64,000 nt of DNA, taken from Octopus sinensis. Lineage: Eukaryota. The DNA lies in contig NC_043003.1 in assembly GCF_006345805.1 (NCBI RefSeq), positions 37,200,001-37,264,000 of the forward strand, in the 5' to 3' direction. Of this stretch, positions 1 through 12,266 are shown piece by piece. The translations under genes and the position numbers were made by a program. The notes beneath the pieces were generated by a model, which saw nothing but the letters and a program-made list of their open reading frames with translations, was not told where the DNA came from and did no database searches. The first letter of the stretch is position 1; every line of letters starts with the position of its first letter.

Positions 1-735
1 AAGCGAGAGCTCTTGCTAATATTTGGAGGGTTATATGCCTCCTCAGCCAGGGCAGAATATAAGGTAGTGGGTATTTGGCCTTAAAGACAGAAATCCAGAC
101 GAAGAGACAGACAGAACCAGTTTGACATACAACCTAATTCACAACCAAAGATCTGGATAGTGACTTTAATTCCTTGATTGTTCTTACATTTGCAGCACAG
201 TAAGAGCAGCTCTTGATCGCGAAGCTGATCCGCAATAGCATGTGATCGGGCGGGAATTTCCATGAACAACTAGATTCTGATGACCCGCAAAGCAAAGCAA
301 CAAAACGATCCGACGTAAAAGGAGAGAAGTCGATCTCATGTATTGTACAGAACTGAAAAGAAAATCATTATACACGTAAATATTAGAACCTCTCTCCCCA
401 CCTCCATCCTGGGGTCATTCTCTTAAGATGTCTTAAAGCATACAGAGTAGGAAGTAGCAGAGATGTTATTTGTAATGTTATCAACACTGGTGAAGACCAT
501 GACTATCGTGGCAACCTTTTCAAACCGATGCTGCTGCTTCTGAAGCAAATGCTGCTAATGGGACCACTCTTTCCATAGTACCTCAGATCGCAGCCTCCAG
601 GATGGCAAGAGCAAAGAGAGAAAAAGATACTATTTTATGGTCAATGCTACAAGCACCGGCGGCCGACGAGTTATGTCACCTATATGCAAGGTGTCTCTTT
701 CTCCAGAACACAGCTACAAATTTCTTGGAGAGTAG
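1..735 (+). mobile_element. Highly degenerate L1/Tx1-type LINE ORF2 relic (AP endonuclease and linker)
   Basis: Broken frames give GLYASSARAEY (YAP-like), LDSDFNS (GDFN-like), REVDLMYC (RIDYI-like) and AASRMARAKREKDTI, in the order expected for Tx1 ORF2. Similarity judged by eye only. Confidence 0.3.
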
Positions 736-984
736 GGATAGATGTAACGTTAGATTAGTTTAACTCCATTGTGTAACAGGTCCTTACTTTGCTTTCTCCG
801 AAAGTTAAAAAATTAAGACGACATATGCGCAATTTAAATTCGGACATAAGACGTTCAATATACTTTTCCATTTCCTCCGATCTACATTAAATAGTACCAG
901 TAATATCATGTGAAAGATAACTCTTATAATAGATACCTGTCAAAGTTAGAAATCATTTTTATTAATGTATTAATTTCCTCACAG

Positions 985-1111
985 TCAGACAGCATCGTCG
1001 TCGCCGTCGTCATCATCATCATTATCATCATCATCATCATTATCACCATCATCAACATCGTTGTCGACGCCGTTGTCGTTGTCATCGAACTCGTCATCAT
1101 CGTCGTCGTCG

Positions 1112-1152
<41 letters not shown>

Positions 1153-2094
1153 GTCGTCATCGTCATCGTCGTCGTCGTTGCCATCTTCATTATCGTCCTC
1201 GACTCACCTTACACCGCCATCGCCACCATCATTATCATCATCATCATTATCATCACCATCATTATCATCATTATCATCGTTGTTATCAAGCCTGTCACCA
1301 TCACCACCACCACACCTGCCAACACCACTGACACCACTACTAGTATCATCATCATCATCATCATCATTACCATAATCATCACCATCTTAACCGTCATCTG
1401 CCTTTTGATTCTCACCCTAACAGCCATCGTCATCATCACCACCATCACCATCATCACAAACATCACCATCATCGCAAACATCATCACCACTGCCACTACT
1501 GCAGACCCCCATCATTATCATCACCACCACCACAATCATCAACATCATCGTCGCCGTCGTCGCTGTACTCGTGGTTGCCATAGTTTCCATCATCCTTGTT
1601 TTATATTTTATTTCTTTTCATTTTTTTGTCTTCGGTTTATTTTTATATTTCTCCAAACAAGAATACGCACACACACGTATATATTAACATAAGTGTGCGC
1701 ATGTGTATGCATACACCCATGCGCACACACACGCACATACACACACACACATATATATATACATATATACATATATATCTATATATACATATATATATAC
1801 ATATATATACATATATATATACATATATATATACATATATATATACATGTATATACATGTATACATTTATATACACAGACATAAATGCAAATATACACGT
1901 ACATACGCACATATGCACTCACACACACATATATATACATATATACATATATATATATGTACATATATATACACATATATATATATATATATACAAATAT
2001 ACATATATATATATATACATGTTATAAAAAAAACACATATATATATATACACATACATGCACACACACGCATGCACATACACTCTCTCCTCTCT

Positions 2095-2150
<56 letters not shown>

Positions 2151-2337
2151 TATATAATGCCGTTTTTACAATATCTTTTTCGTGACTAACAAGAACGAAT
2201 GTCATGACGCTTTCTTGTTAAATTTGGTGTCGTTTTTGGAATTATTATTATTATTATTATTATGTAATGTAGATTTTGTTATTATTCTCAATGTAAATTG
2301 TTAATATGATTTTCTTCGTCGCTGTTAATAATGCTGC

Positions 2338-2380
<43 letters not shown>

Positions 2381-2445
2381 GAAGTTGGTGGCGGTGGTGT
2401 TGATGATGTTATTATTGTCGCTGTTAAAAATAGTTGTTATTGTGG

Positions 2446-2485
<40 letters not shown>

Positions 2486-2808
2486 TCTTGTTTGTAATAT
2501 TGTAGTTATATAGCCAACTGTGTATGTACCTGTGTGTGTGTGTGTGTGTGTTTATGAATTTTTGTGTGTGTCTTGTTTTTTTTGTCTTTGTTGTTGCCAA
2601 TTTTGTTTGTGTTCCTCTTTCTGGAAACTTTCATTTTGTTATTATTTTTGTTGATGTTTCGTTGTTGTTGTTGTTGTTGTTGTTATTGTTATTGATGATG
2701 TTCTTCTTGTAGTTAGTGATAGTGATGTTGATATGATTGTTATCATTTTTTTATGCTGCTGTTTATTTTGGAAATGTTGGAAAAATTATTTTTATGTCAC
2801 TAACATTG

Positions 2809-2866
<58 letters not shown>

Positions 2867-3183
2867 AAGCACTCTCGGTCGTGGTGGTTCTAGTTGTAGA
2901 ATCTGTAGTGTGGTGGTGGTGGTGGTGGTGGTTGTGAGTACTAGTGGTTGTAGCGGTGGTGTTGATAGTAGCAGCAGCGGTGGTGGTAGTAATGGTGTTA
3001 ATGATAGAGGTGGTGACGGTGGTAGTAGAGTAGTTGTGTGGGTGGTAGTAGTAGCCGTAGTAGTAGTAGGGATGATGATGGAAGTGGTAGTGGTGGCGGT
3101 GGTGTTGGTGGCGATGGTACTAGTAGTAGTGGTGGTGATGGTTGTGGTGGTAGTGGTGGTGGTGGTGGTGATGGTGATGATGA

Positions 3184-3241
<58 letters not shown>

Positions 3242-3490
3242 GGTGGTGGTGGTGGTGGTAGTGGTGGTGGTGGATTGTGGTGGTGGTTGTGGTCGCGATG
3301 GTAGTGTTACCGTTGTCATATTTCATGTATTTGTACTCTTGTTTGAAATATTCTTGCAACATTGTTGGTTTATTTTTTTGATTTTGTATTATTATTATAT
3401 TGTCACATTGTGGTATTATAATGTTGCTGTTCTTATTGATATTGTTGTTGTCGTTGTTGCTGCTGCTGCTATGTTGTTGTTGTTATTGTA
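985..3490. repeat. Mosaic of simple repeats: (ATC/GTC/ACC)n, (AT/AC)n, (TTG)n, (TAG/GTG)n
   Basis: Directly visible. These tracts explain the poly-I/V/S/T/H ORFs in the track. Confidence 0.95.
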
Positions 3491-3656
3491 ATATCTAATA
3501 TTTTCAGAAGCTTGGTGTGGTCGGGGAATATCAGGAATATTTTATTAAAATATTTCTAACATTCGAAAACAAAGACTACATCCCTATTTACCAACAACAA
3601 CTATTGTGTGGCGGTTGCTAACCGACATGATGTTATTATAATTAAATATTCTACGA

Positions 3657-5352
3657 GAGGCGCAGGCATGGCTGTGTAGTTAAGAGCCTCGCTTTGCGAT
3701 TACGTAATTCGGGGTTCAGTCTCACTGCGCGACACCTTGAGCAAGTCAGTGTTTTCTACGATAGCTCCGGATCTATCAGGTCATCGCATAAGTTCTGTCC
3801 GAATTTTGAGTAAAGAAAACAAATGAACAAATGTTATATTTAATAGAAATTTAATCATCAACATACTTTCCCTGATTATCTATGACTTCTTTCCATCTAT
3901 TTACAAGCTTTTTAATCCCATCAATGTAAAACTCATTTCGTTTCAAAGCGAAGAACTCTGAAATGTCAGTTTCGACCGCCGCCTGGCTTGCAAAAGTTAT
4001 GTCCCCCAAATGATTCTGTAAACTAAGAAACAAATGGTAGTCTGAAGGAGCAAGGTCGGGAGGATAAGGTGGATGAGGAATTTTTTCCCAACCAAGCTCT
4101 TCGATGTTCTGTGATGTGATCTTTGCAGTGTGGGGTCGCGCAGTGTCCTCATGAAACATCACTCCTTTTCGATTCTCTAAAGCGGGTCTTCAAAGCTTGG
4201 TTCAAACGCTCTAATTGCTGACAGTAAACTTGAGCATTGAGTGTTGCATTAGGTGGTAACAATTCAAAGTGAATTACTCCGTTGCAATCCCACCAGATTG
4301 AGAGAAGAACCTTTTTTCCATGAAGTTCCTTTCTCGGTTGTGGTTGAGCCTTTTCCCTTTTACCAAACCACTATTACGGCGTTTAACATTTCGACAGAAG
4401 ATCCATTTTTTTGTCACCGGTCACAAGTCTATCCAAAAAGGGTGAAATGAGTTCGCGAGAATAGAGAGAAGAGCAGATGCCAATTCAGGATTTGCGGTCG
4501 CTTTCGGACAATTCATGAGGCACCCATTTTCCAAGTTTAGGAACCTTTCCAAGTTGTTTAAGATGACGATGAATAGTTTTATGGTTTGAACTATGCTTTA
4601 TTGCCAATTCTTCAACTGATGATGCAGGATTTTCTTCAAGTAATGCCTCAAGGAGCTTATCATCCAACTCAACTGGACGTCCTGTTCAATCTTCAATCTT
4701 CAAGGCTGAAATCTCCATTTCTGAATTTTTCAAACCATCTTCTGCAAGTTCTTTCATTCAAGCATTCTTTCCCATAAACTGAGTGTATGTTTCGAGTCGC
4801 TTCGGCTGCAGAGTTTCCTTTTTTGTACTCATAAAGCATTATGTACCTCAAATGCTCTTTGGATACTTCGATGTTAGAAAGAGTTTTAATCAAAGAAATT
4901 TTAATTCTATTATTCTGTAAAAGAATATTCAATTAGTTTAAATGTACAGAAATGCATAAAAATAATTTTTAATTCCTTTAGACATTCTAGAATACTATTA
5001 AATTTCAATCAATTTTAAATAATGTAAAATCGGACAGAACCTGATATATCGAACAATACCATATGAGTAAATTTGGTAGACGGAAACTGTAGGGAAACCC
5101 GTCGTCTCTGTGTGTGTGTTGTGTGTGTGTGTGTGTGGTGTGTGTATGTGCTCATTCGTTTCTTTGTGTCTGTCCTCCTACCATTTGACAACCGGTGTTG
5201 GTTTCTTTACGCTCCCATAACTTAGGGGCTCAGCAACAGAGACTGATAGAGTAAGCACCAAACTTTAAAAGAAAATAACTGCTGGTGTTGAATCTCTCAA
5301 CGAAAAGACGTTCAAAGCTCTAATGACTAATACAAGTAAAAGAAGGATAAAA
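3657..5352 (+). mobile_element. tRNA-derived SINE family B (CORE-like CCTTGGGCAAGT segment), split by a mariner
   Basis: Head GAGGCGCAGGCATGGCTGTGTAGTTAAG at 3657. The body resumes after 5046 (ATTTGGTAGACGGAAACTG) and matches the in-window full copy at 33388-33790. Confidence 0.8.
3776..5044 (-). mobile_element. Full-length decayed mariner (DD34D transposase pseudogene, about 3851-4900)
   Basis: TA TSDs at 3774-75 and 5045-46. TIR TCAGGTCATCGCATAAGTTCTGTCCGA; the other TIR has a 12-nt deletion. Motifs EHLRYIMLYEYKKG, KLGKWVPHEL, VTGDKKW, HEDTARPH and HPPYPPDLAPSDYHLF with 34-aa D-D spacing. Several frameshifts. Confidence 0.97.
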
Positions 5353-5658
5353 GATACTACAAGAGTGAAATGGCAGTATAGGTAGAGCGCTCGGCAAAAA
5401 TACACGCTCTGAATTCGAAGGTCACCGAAATCAATTTGCATTTCATTCATTCCTAGGTCGATATAATTAATTGCCACTCAGATACCAAGCTTGATTTAAT
5501 CTTATATAGCCAATATATATAACCCACAAGAGTAAACAAGAGAGAGAGAAAAAGGCAGAAACAAGGAAAATGTCGCTGGTATTTGAACACTATGCAAATA
5601 TTCTTTTAAAAAACTTTTCATTTAATCTTTTCAAAATTTAATTGTTTTCCATACTTAC

Positions 5659-5713
5659 AGTTGAAAAAGTCTCAATGACTGAAACCGGTACTGAAATGCT
5701 TATAATGCCTGGA
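5659..5713 (-). CDS. Candidate 55-nt internal exon (PGIISISVPVSVIETFST)
   Basis: Acceptor TATTTTTTTTCTAG| and donor ACT|GTAAGT, with one open frame. No homology recognised. Confidence 0.3.
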
Positions 5714-5744
5714 CTAGAAAAAAAATATTTTTGAATATTCTTTT

Positions 5745-5925
5745 CTACTCTAGGCACAAGGCCCGCAATTTTGTAGAAGAGTGCCAGTCGATTAGATCGA
5801 TCCCAGTACGCAAGTGGTACTTATTTAACCACCACGGAAGGAAAAGTCGACCTCGGCGGAATTTGAACTCAGAACATAAAGACCTACGAAATACCAGTAC
5901 GCATTTCTGCCAGCTTGCCATCTTA
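5745..5925 (-). mobile_element. SINE family A (tRNA head plus Meta/MESC-like domain); a weaker plus-strand relic lies at 5365-5500
   Basis: AAAGTCGACCTCGGCGGAATTTGAACTCAGAAC diagnostic block, shared with many in-window copies. Confidence 0.85.
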
Positions 5926-6060
5926 ATTATTGAATGGGAAATGCAATTTATGAAACGGAATTTTTAAATTTTGAAAAACAAAAAAAAATAATATCTCGTT
6001 CCGCCCTGATTGCGTCGCCCATTTTCGCAAAGGTTGACTTTTTTCTCCCTTCTCCCTCAC

Positions 6061-6117
<57 letters not shown>

Positions 6118-6300
6118 ACCTTAGAAGATCGTTAAAATATGAGCTCACAAAAGACTAGAATCGATATAGTCGTCCAAAACACTTGGAGTGTGCATCTCAG
6201 CATGACAGCACTCCACTAATTGAAATCAAAACACACAAACCAATACACACACTCCACCCTATACTCACACACACATATATATACATATATATGTATATAT

Positions 6301-6359
<59 letters not shown>

Positions 6360-6399
6360 TCACTCATACATATACACTTAAATTCATGTATCTCAGTTG

Positions 6400-7110
6400 C
6401 AGAATAATTCCTACTAAGCGAAATAACTAATAGATTTTATGCATTTTTTGGTCGCATACAACCTTGACGTCCCGGAACCGAGATATTCTTCACAGGCGTT
6501 TTGAACCACTGAATGGTTGTAAGAGACATTCTTTCTCAGGAAGTTATTGAAGAACTTGAAAACTTGGTTGTTGTTCGGACAGAGGTTTAGAGAGTAAGTT
6601 GAGTGAAGTAGAGTTCTGTGGTTCGGTTTGATTGATTATTGCAGGAGGCATTGTCATGGAGAAATTTGGTAATAGGGCGGCGAGAGGTTTGGGGCGTAAG
6701 AATGGGTAAAGTAGAGTACTGTTGTTCGGTTTCTTCCATTACTGCAGAGCCATTTCAGGGACCTGTGGTTGGAGTTTCTCATGAAGAAGAATAGACCCAT
6801 TTTCAAGATCTGCAACCTGCAATGTAAACGTTGAAATTCTATGAACACTCTGTTGATTTCCTGGCAATACTCCTCTTCTGTTGTGATTTCTCCTGGATTC
6901 AAGAAATAACAGAGAATGGTTTCACTTGTTGACCACCAAAATATTAACCATTTGAGGCAGCATCAGTGTCAGTTTGGGAAATTGCTTCAGTGCTTCCTAT
7001 AAGTTTGTAGAAGAAAACGTTCACACTGCTTTTTATCCTACTCTATTTTCGTTTTTGTCCTACTCTACCCAACCACTGCCTAGATTTATAGTGATAATCA
7101 CCTCTTCTTA
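6400..7110 (-). mobile_element. Old mariner relic, Hsmar1/cecropia-like C-terminal half
   Basis: Fragments QWLG, EALKQFPKL, WWSTSETILCYFLNPGEIT, LHDNA, YAPNLSPPYY and FKFFNNFL...NACEEYL, collinear with Hsmar1-type transposase. No TIRs found. Confidence 0.75.
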
Positions 7111-7154
7111 TGTTTTTGGTGGGGTTTAGAGTTTTTTTTATTTTTAGTTATTAA

Positions 7155-7363
7155 CTCTTTAACAGCAAAATTAAATTTATTCCAGTAATGATATTAAATA
7201 TCTACCTAAAAATAAAAATGGTAAACTTGATATATCAAAAATAAAAATTAAGTTCCAAACATGGATTTCCTCTACAAAAGATAAATTAGTATATAAAACA
7301 GCTTTACACAATTAAAGGTAATGAAATTTTGAATGGATATATCTGATTTCTTTACTTAAAGAG
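7155..7363. mobile_element. Possible piggyBac-like MITE
   Basis: TTAA|CTCTTTTAA at the left end and TTAAAGAG|TTAA at the right end. Short TIRs only. Confidence 0.4.
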
Positions 7364-8146
7364 TTAACCAGACATGGAGTTTTCTTCTTCTACTCTTATC
7401 ATGACATTCTACAAAAATAAATGTTTTTGTTTTTTGTCAACATTTCTATACTCGCTCCTTTCTCTTCGCCATTGTATGTGACATCACTCTTTATTTTATA
7501 TACAATTCGCTTCCACGATATCAAAAAAAAACACAGCTTTTCTCTCATTTTTTTAGTTCTTTCGTTCTGTTCACGTTTTGTATTTATTTATAATATGTCT
7601 AACAATATTGTTTATCAAATATTTTTGTAGTCGTGCACAACATATTTCACAAATAATTTCTACTTGCTAGTCTCTAACTTGCTATATACGTGATAAATAT
7701 CAGCTTTCTTGGTCTCATTTTAGGTACATTATTCTAAATAGTTTTTAATTTTCTTGTGCGTGTATGTGTGTGTGTGTTTTTATTTCTTTTGTTTGTTTCT
7801 TTTTTTTTTTGTCTAGCCGTGATAATTTACTTAGCGAGCAATTTAGCATATTATAACGATAAAATATTACTGAAGCAGACAGTATATATTAACTAATTCT
7901 TTTCATTTATCTCGGCTTTGAGTGTTAATCTAATATATATATATATATATTGTGTGTGTGTGTGTGTGTATGTGTGTGCATGTATAAATTCATAAACATA
8001 CATATTGATACATATATATACACAAATATATATGTATATATATATATGGTGTCGTAAAGAAGTGCTTTTTCATATGTTCTCTATTGTTTAACTATATATG
8101 CATATGCATACACATATCGGCTCATATATCTATATCGTATAAATAT

Positions 8147-8218
<72 letters not shown>

Positions 8219-8637
8219 ATATGTATGTATATATGTATATATGTATGTGTCTGTACATATGTACAAACGCAACTACCTATATGCATTAACATTTAATCTG
8301 TATATGCTAGTGTGAATGCGTATATATATATACGTGTGTGTGTGTGTAAGCATGCAGAGAGACAGACAGGTAGACAAACTTATAGCAGGGAGGTGGAAGA
8401 GGAGGAGGAGGAGGAGGAGGAGGAGGTGGAGGAGGTGGTTGAGGAGGAGTAGGAGGGGGAGGAGATTTGGTGCATAAGTGCCGGCCACATGATATTCTTT
8501 CAGTGTATGCAGATAATGAGACCCAGCTGAGTGAAGAAATCTGCTCTTAGCTATTCAGACGTGTACTTTCTATTAAAAATATTGTCTATAATATTTACGA
8601 AGAGCAAATTCCAAGATAAGTGAATAAAATATAATGT

Positions 8638-8805
8638 GAGTAACAAAGAGGTACAAGTGTCACTCCATTCTGGCCATTTCCAACGATTCCTTTAATTGTT
8701 TAATGAAAACGGTTTCTTTACAATGATGTAATGTTTTCATTAATCAATTAAAATAGTCGTTGGAAACGGCCGTAATGAATTGACACCTGTACCTCTTTGT
8801 TACTC
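8638..8805. repeat. Foldback element with two 73-bp inverted arms and a 22-nt spacer
   Basis: GAGTAACAAAGAGGTACAAGTGTCA...AATGAAAAC versus GTTTTCATT...TGACACCTGTACCTCTTTGTTACTC. Confidence 0.85.
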
Positions 8806-8830
8806 GCCTCTATTATATAAATAAATAATA

Positions 8831-8883
<53 letters not shown>

Positions 8884-10078
8884 TGTGTGTGTACACATAC
8901 ACATACATACACACACATCAACAATTAGCGCTGAAGAAACAGAGCAATAAAGAATTATATCTTCCATCCAAAATTTGCCAGTGTATTCGGAATTTTGCCG
9001 TTGGTTTTTCACAACTTTAAGGATCAAAAGAGAGATTTGTTGTACATACGCACACATATACACGCATACATGCATATATGTGTGTGTTAGTGTGTGTGTG
9101 TGTGTGTGTGTATGTGCGTGCGTGTTTGCAGTTAACATAAAAATACAGCAAATCCCTCCTTCAAATTTGCAGTCATGAACATTCAGAGTAGACTTCCAAC
9201 TCATGATAGAGAGGGGGGAAAGAGAGAGAGAGAAAGAAAGAGAGAGAAAGATCACATACTAGAAATTTTAAGATCTTTGTAAAGAGAAACAAAAGATAAA
9301 CTAAATATATGAAATCTATTCTTTTTGTCCTTTTAATTCCTTTATTTCAAATTCAAATTTCCATTCTTACCAAATATTATGAATAAATGATTATCCCCCT
9401 TGTCATAGTTGTGACAGCAATAATAACCATACGTGTTTAAAAAATTCTAACCGTAGTTTTGTGAGAATCTATTTAAACCGTCGGCGATGTTTAAGGTATT
9501 ATGTTTATGAATAAATGTTTGTACCACTACATATACGAAGGGTTAATATTTTGGAATAACAGCTTGAAACATATATCTACACCTCCAAGAATATACTGAA
9601 AACGGCTTGTGAAATTTCTTTGTAGCTAAAACTGAAATTATTGGTAAACAAAAGATATTTTCACAAGGTAGAATTTCCTGGAAGCAGTTATTATCTTGCT
9701 ATTTTGTAAACACGTAGAATTTCCTCTTTTCTACGTTCTATGATGAAAAAAAAAACCCCACATTCTATGAATTTTCTCTGGGCTGTAATTATTTCCATTT
9801 TTAATGAAATACCTCGCTTCCTAAAATGTTTAATTTATAATGTAAGTCACAAGTTGCATCAGGCTGACAATTTCTAAAAAGAATGAAATAGAGCTGCACA
9901 TGATTATCACCGACTGGAAGTTTTAAGAACATCGTAATAAGTAAGCAAAAAATTCAAAATGTGAATTCAATATATCTTCTTCTTTATTATTTCTTAATTT
10001 CAAACGTAAAATTCTAATCGACAAAAATATGTTTATCTCCCTTGTATTAGCTGCGACGAGAAGGAGATCTACGCGTCT

Positions 10079-10190
<112 letters not shown>

Positions 10191-10196
10191 GTGTAT

Positions 10197-10448
10197 CTTT
10201 ACTTGTTTCAGTCATTTGACTGCGGCCATGCTGGAGCACCGCCTTTAGTCGAGTAAGTCGACCCCCAGGACTTATTCTTTGTAAGCTTAGTACTTATTCT
10301 ATCGGGCTCTTTTGTCGAACCGCTAAGTTACGGAGGCGTAAACACACCAGCATCGGTTGTCAAGTGATGTTGGGGGGACAAACACAGACACACAAAAATA
10401 TACACACACATACATACATACATATATACGACGGGCTTCTTTCAGTTT
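10197..10448 (-). mobile_element. SINE family B, 3' part, broken at a PLE insertion
   Basis: ACTTGTTTCAGTCATTTGACTGCGGCCATGCTGGAGCACCGCC to GGGCTTCTTTCAGTTTC, then an abrupt switch of sequence. Confidence 0.92.
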
Positions 10449-10498
10449 CAAAAACTGTCTGATGAACGGCAACGAGAAACTCAGAGTAACAGATTTTG
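10449..10498 (+). ncRNA. Type I hammerhead ribozyme motif (PLE pseudo-LTR)
   Basis: CAAAAaCTGT-CTGATGA-aCG(GCAA)CGa-GAA-ACTC(A)GAGT-A-ACAGaTTTTG. Stems I, II and III pair, and the cleavage triplet is GUA at 10486-88. There is an A.A mismatch at the 10.1/11.1 pair. Confidence 0.75.
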
Positions 10499-10602
10499 TT
10501 GAATTTTCTGCTGCTTTAAATAAAGCATATTACTCTACCACTGGTATTTGAGTACTCTTTTTTCCACCTTGTTTCACATTTATGTGTTTACTCCGGTATA
10601 TA

Positions 10603-10661
<59 letters not shown>

Positions 10662-10914
10662 CGTGTGTGTGTGTGTGTATCCATTTAAATCACCTCTTTC
10701 ATCAATTTCTTTCCAATACCAAACTTCATAAACTCCCTTCACTCCTCTATTCCATCACACCCCAACTCCTCCACTACCCTTCTCCCCTCCTGATAGTCTC
10801 CTGCAACCCACACCTAACCCCACTGTCCCTCCTAACAACCCCCACGCACCTCCCCACTCCCTCAGACCTCTACCAGCCCTACCACCCCTCCTACTCCTAT
10901 TCCATCCACCCTTC

Positions 10915-11272
10915 TCCACTTCCGCCTGTAACTGCCCCACGGAGCTCATCTCAAAATACCTCGACCGTGTCCTTGCTCCCCTAGTGGCTTCTCTTCCCTC
11001 CCACATCCAGACACCAACCATGCTCTCCGGCTTTTCAACTCTTTCTCCTTTTCTCCCGGCTCCTCCAAACTCCTTTTTACAATGGACATCCAGAGCCTCT
11101 ATACCGTCATCCCTCACCACGAAGGACTGCGGGCACTTCAACACTTTCTCGACCTCCGCCCCAACCCCGAACCCGACATCTCCATACTCATTCGTCTGGC
11201 CGAACTTGTCCTTTCTCTTAACTGCTTCTCGTTCGCGGGCGAGTTCTACCAACAGGTCTCGGGAGTGGCACA
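10915..11272 (+). pseudogene. Penelope-type (Neptune-like) reverse transcriptase fragment
   Basis: SACNCPTELISKYLDRVLAPLVASLPSHI / DTNHALRLF / MDIQSLYTVIPHHEGLRALQHFL...RLAELVLSLNCFSFAGEFYQQVSGVA, with frameshifts. Confidence 0.9.
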
Positions 11273-11625
11273 CCGCCCACACACCCTTCCCCACATCTTT
11301 ACACCTACACATACATACAGATATCATATCACAACACACCACCCACACACCCATCCCCATATCTCCACACCCACACATACATACATACACACGTCCAGAC
11401 TACCAGCCCTCTTTCATACGCACATACATACACTCTTATACACACGCACCTTCGTGTTGGGGCGAAGTCACTTGACCCTGTTATCTCTCCTACTATCCCT
11501 CTAGCGTCTAACGTTTGACCTCTGACCTCTGACTTCTGCCTGAAGTCAGAACGCCATAATGGACCGTTAGCTCTTACACACATTTTTTTCTCTCTTTGTT
11601 TCTCTCCTTGTTTCTTTTCTGTGCA

Positions 11626-11663
11626 TCTTTCTGTCGAAAAGCGTAGGTTCGAAACGTAAAAGA
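11626..11663 (+). ncRNA. Minimal hammerhead-like motif with a variant core (CTGTCGA)
   Basis: TCTTT-CTGTCGA-aAAGC(GTAG)GTTC-GAA-ACGT-A-AAAGA. Stem I has 5 bp, stem III is palindromic ACGT, and stem II is partly decayed. Confidence 0.5.
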
Positions 11664-11763
11664 CTTGTTCTGTTTCTATTCCTGAGCGCCATACTAATAC
11701 ATTTGTTTGTTTGTACTCTTCCTGCTTTCGTCTTTTGTTTATTTTCGTAAACCTTCCCGTTAT

Positions 11764-11862
<99 letters not shown>

Positions 11863-12078
11863 TGTGTGTGTGTGTGTGTGTGTGAATATTGGATTAAAAA
11901 GCTTTTGGGATACAGAAGTCGAGGGCTGTCTTTAGCCTCTAACTTTTGTTATCCAAAGAAATTTTTTACACAATACTATTTATTGCTCTTTCTATATCGA
12001 GTTCAACCGTTTCAAAATAATTCATTCCCGTTCTCTCGAAGTTTTTAAATTCATATTATATATATGTATGTGTGTGTG

Positions 12079-12126
<48 letters not shown>

Positions 12127-12266
12127 TTATATGCATGCACGCATGTGTGTATGTGTGTACTTGTGTACGTATATAAGTATGTGCTTCGTGTTTAATTATT
12201 TACATTCTGCGTCTGAAGAAGAAGCTGGTTTCTAATAAAGATACAAAGCTTCATCTTTAGAATGTA

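Larger units (their letters stand above)
10449..11760 (+). mobile_element. Composite Penelope-like element (pLTR piece, RT fragment, second pLTR-type piece)
   Basis: Hammerhead at the 5' edge, RT at 10915-11272, and a 3' segment at 11530-11760 homologous to 46300-46480. Confidence 0.75.

Noticed and set aside
200-238. VRAALDREADPQ cadherin-like LDRE motif
   Set aside because: It is flanked by stops, there are no other cadherin motifs, and it lies in a probable Tx1 relic.
190-937. Minus-strand exon-like segments 190-353 and about 788-937 (MEKYIERLMSEFKL...)
   Set aside because: The first overlaps the LINE relic, and the joined peptides resemble nothing I recognise.
910-3491. Long ORFs of poly-I/V/S/T/H, and similar YI/CV/LS/MYVC ORFs throughout the window
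   Set aside because: They are translations of microsatellites, open in several frames and on both strands.
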